Below are positions 61,339-64,000 of a DNA stretch of 64,000 nt, one piece after another. The notes below the pieces were generated by a model. That model saw only the letters and a list, made by a program, of their open reading frames with translations, did no database searches and was not told where the DNA came from. Numbering within the stretch: the first letter of the stretch is position 1; each line of letters starts with the position of its first letter. The stretch comes from an uncultured Gemmataceae bacterium (lineage in GTDB: Bacteria; Planctomycetota; Planctomycetia; Gemmatales; Gemmataceae): contig CAVVPN010000003.1 in assembly GCA_963750165.1 (NCBI GenBank), forward strand, positions 1 through 64,000, given 5' to 3'. The translations under genes and the position numbers were made by a program.

Positions 61339-64000
61339 TCACGCATCCAGCACGCCGAGCCAGTAACTTTCGCCGCCCTGGTCCGCGGGCCGATCCAGCA
61401 CCCTCATGTACGTGCTGGTGATCCAGTTAGCCGCGGTGCCGCCCTGCTTCTGCAGGTACTCCTGCGAACTGAGGAAGCCAACCTGAATCTGCGTGTCGGT
61501 GGCGCCGTGCTGCAGCTGGTTGACCCAGTACGACAGTTCGCCGGCGCCGGCGGTGCGGCCCAGGTACTGATGGTAGTAACTCTGAGCCAGCATGGTGTCG
61601 CGCTCCGTGCTGGTGGTGAAGCCCATGACGATGTTGCTCTTCGAGGCGCCAGCATTCACCTGCTGCACCCAGCCGGACAGGCCGGCGGAGTCGGCGGCGC
61701 GGCCGAGCAGGTCGGTGTACAGCGCTTTCACGTATGCCGTCGGGTTGTTGCCGACGTGCTGGTAAAACTCCGTTGAGCCGAGGAATCCCGCCAGCACCTG
61801 GTTGTCGTTGCCGCCGTGCTGCAGGTAATTGACCCACGGGGCGATCTCACCGGCGCTGGCGGCGCGGCCCAGATACATCTGGTAGTAATTGAGGATCAGC
61901 CCGGTGTAGTATTCCGTGCTCTGCAGGATGCCGAAGCCCGCCGTGGTCAGCCCGGACGCTGTCGGGCCCGTCGCCACCGTGGCCGTGCCGAGGCTCACCG
62001 CCTCGTCGCCGTCATTGTCGTGGATGTTGACGAGCACCGTGAAGGTGCCGGCGGTCGCGTAGGTGTGCGTGCCGGTCACGGTGAAGCCGCTGCCGCTGGT
62101 ATTCGCGGCCACGGTGCCCTGCGAGGTCCGGCCGTCGCCCCAGCTGATGGTCGCGGTGAAGTTGCTCACCCCGGAGCCGTCCGCGTCGGTGAAGGTGGCC
62201 ACGGTGCCGGTGAACGCGGTGCCGGCGGTGGCGCTGACCGGCACGGCCGTCGCCACCAGGCTCGCCGGTGTCGTCGTCACCGTCGCCAGGCTCGCCGTCG
62301 TCGCCATGCTGTTGTCGCTGGTGTTCTGGATGCTCACCGTCACGACGAAGGAGTCGTCCTCGCCGAAATTCGGCGCTTTCAGGGAAGTCGCGTCCGTGGT
62401 GCTGGCGCTGCTGTAGGTATGCGTGCCGGTCACCACGAAGCCGCTGCCGCTGCTGTTCGCCGACACCGTGCCCGCGGAACTGGTGCCGTCACCCCAGTTG
62501 ATGGTTACCGTGAAGTCGGACGCCTGGGCGCTGGTGTCCAGCGATGTGAAGCTGGCCACGGTGCCCGTGAAGGCGGTGCCGACCACGGCGTTGAAGGACG
62601 TGCCATACGCCTGCAGCGTCGGCGGCGCCGGGGCCACGCTGGCCACGGCCTGCGAAGTCGCGGTGTGGCTGGCGGAGTCCGACACCGTCACGCTGAAGAT
62701 GTACGCCGCGCCGCCCAGGCCGAAGCTGGTCGCGCTGTGGCCAAAGCCCAGGCCGGGGCTGCCCCAGACCGGCGTCGGCGCCTGCAGCGTGTAGGTGTGC
62801 GTGCCGGTCACGTCGTAGCCGCCGTTCGGGTCGGCGGTGACGGTGCCAGCGGAACTGCTGCCGTCACCCCAATTGATGGTTGCGGTGAAGGTGGTGCTGG
62901 TCGTGGCGGTGGTGTCGGTGAACTTCGCCACGGTGCCGGTGAACGCGGTACCGGAGGTCGTCTGGATGTTGTTCGCCGTCACCGTGAGGACGACCGGCTG
63001 CGCCGTCACGGTGGCCAAACTCTCGGCATTCACGGTGGTGCTGTTCGACGTGTCGGTGATGCTGACGCCGACGATGTAATTGCGGCTCGGCGGCGGGTTG
63101 AAGGCGAACCACGGGAAGCCGCCGCGGTAGGTCGGCAGCGTGTAGGTGTGCGTGCCGGTCACGTCGTACTGGCCGGCCACGGTCGGGTCCGCGGCGACGG
63201 TGCCGGTGGACGTGGTGCCGTCGCCCCAGGTGATGGTCGCGGTGAAGGTGGCCGCGGTGGCGGTGCTGTCGGTGGACGTGAACGTGGCCACGGTGCCGGT
63301 GAAGGCGACGCCGCTGGCGGCCTGGAGGTTCTGGCCCCTGGCGGTGATGCTCGGCGGAATTGGCGCCACCCTGGCCAGGCTCTGCCCCACGGCCGTGGCG
63401 CTGGCCGGGTTGTCGGTCACGGTGATGGTGAGCACGTAGAACTGGTTGCCGGGCGTGCCGCCGTGCCAGGGGTTGGTGAAGCCGAAGCCGAAGCCGCCGA
63501 AGACCGGCGGCGTGGTGCTGCTGTTGGCGTAGGTGTGGGTGCCGGTCACGTCGAAGCCGCTGCCGTCGGCGACGACGGTGCCGGTGGAGCTGGTGCCGTC
63601 GCCCCAGTTGATGGTGGCGGTGAAGTCGCCGGCCGCCGCATTGCTGCGCACGTCGGTGAAGCTGGCGACAGTGCCGGTGAAGGCGGTGCCAGCGGTGGCG
63701 CTGAGGACCGTGCCCTTGATCGTGACGGTCGGCGGCGGCGGCGTCACGGTTGCCCGGGACAGGCTGGAGCCGACGACGGCGCCGGTGGCGTCCTTCACGG
63801 TGACGGTGACGGCGTACCAGCCGGCCCCGGTGTAGGTGTGGGTGCCGGTCACGTCGTAGTTGCTGCCGTCCGGGGCGAGGGTGGCGGCGGAGCTGGTGCC
63901 GTCGCCCCAGCTGATGGTGGCGGTGTAGCCGGCGGCCGCGCTGGCGCTGGCGCCGCTAATGGTGGCGACGACGCTCGTGAACGACTGGCCGGCGACCGCC
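61339..64000 (-). CDS. Large surface protein with PKD/Ig-like repeats and C-terminal DUF4214-like repeats (5' partial)
   Basis: At least six 'TATI.WGDG..S.GTV...F.VTGTHTY' repeats; 'YLGR.A...E..YW', 'F..S.EY' repeats; ORF runs to the window end. Confidence 0.85.
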   Translation of the reverse strand, partial: AVAGQSFTSVVATISGASASAAAGYTATISWGDGTSSAATLAPDGSNYDVTGTHTYTGAGWYAVTVTVKDATGAVVGSSLSRATVTPPPPTVTIKGTVLSATAGTAFTGTVASFTDVRSNAAAGDFTATINWGDGTSSTGTVVADGSGFDVTGTHTYANSSTTPPVFGGFGFGFTNPWHGGTPGNQFYVLTITVTDNPASATAVGQSLARVAPIPPSITARGQNLQAASGVAFTGTVATFTSTDSTATAATFTATITWGDGTTSTGTVAADPTVAGQYDVTGTHTYTLPTYRGGFPWFAFNPPPSRNYIVGVSITDTSNSTTVNAESLATVTAQPVVLTVTANNIQTTSGTAFTGTVAKFTDTTATTSTTFTATINWGDGSSSAGTVTADPNGGYDVTGTHTYTLQAPTPVWGSPGLGFGHSATSFGLGGAAYIFSVTVSDSASHTATSQAVASVAPAPPTLQAYGTSFNAVVGTAFTGTVASFTSLDTSAQASDFTVTINWGDGTSSAGTVSANSSGSGFVVTGTHTYSSASTTDATSLKAPNFGEDDSFVVTVSIQNTSDNSMATTASLATVTTTPASLVATAVPVSATAGTAFTGTVATFTDADGSGVSNFTATISWGDGRTSQGTVAANTSGSGFTVTGTHTYATAGTFTVLVNIHDNDGDEAVSLGTATVATGPTASGLTTAGFGILQSTEYYTGLILNYYQMYLGRAASAGEIAPWVNYLQHGGNDNQVLAGFLGSTEFYQHVGNNPTAYVKALYTDLLGRAADSAGLSGWVQQVNAGASKSNIVMGFTTSTERDTMLAQSYYHQYLGRTAGAGELSYWVNQLQHGATDTQIQVGFLSSQEYLQKQGGTAANWITSTYMRVLDRPADQGGESYWLGVLDA

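Overview
High-GC bacterial DNA with clear Planctomycetota (Gemmataceae-like) signatures: DUF1549/DUF1553 cytochrome protein, DUF1501, DUF1559, an LEPR-like N-terminus, DUF4214 proteins and a BBP7-like barrel. Bases 1-18.4 kb are an accessory mosaic of intact enzymes, a globin-coupled sensor and many abutting gene fragments. The rest is mostly core genome: alaS, larC, uppP, tRNA-Gly-tig-clpP-clpP, trpG, and a tRNA-Gln surrounded by integrase and IS remnants. About ten genes, including housekeeping ones, are split by single-base frameshifts, most likely read errors. The most striking non-coding signal is a set of eight AT-rich inverted-repeat elements whose arms are short tandem 7-mers or 9-mers. 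Several unrelated unit sequences share the same architecture, and all eight sit at gene boundaries. One brackets a four-helix-bundle (23S-IVS/Avd-like) gene between larC and alaS; the others are empty. A second layer consists of MITE-like elements ending in GAGCGGTTC that carry interchangeable REP hairpins, nested inside each other at 25.9-26.4 kb. All product calls come from motif recognition by eye; no database search was run.
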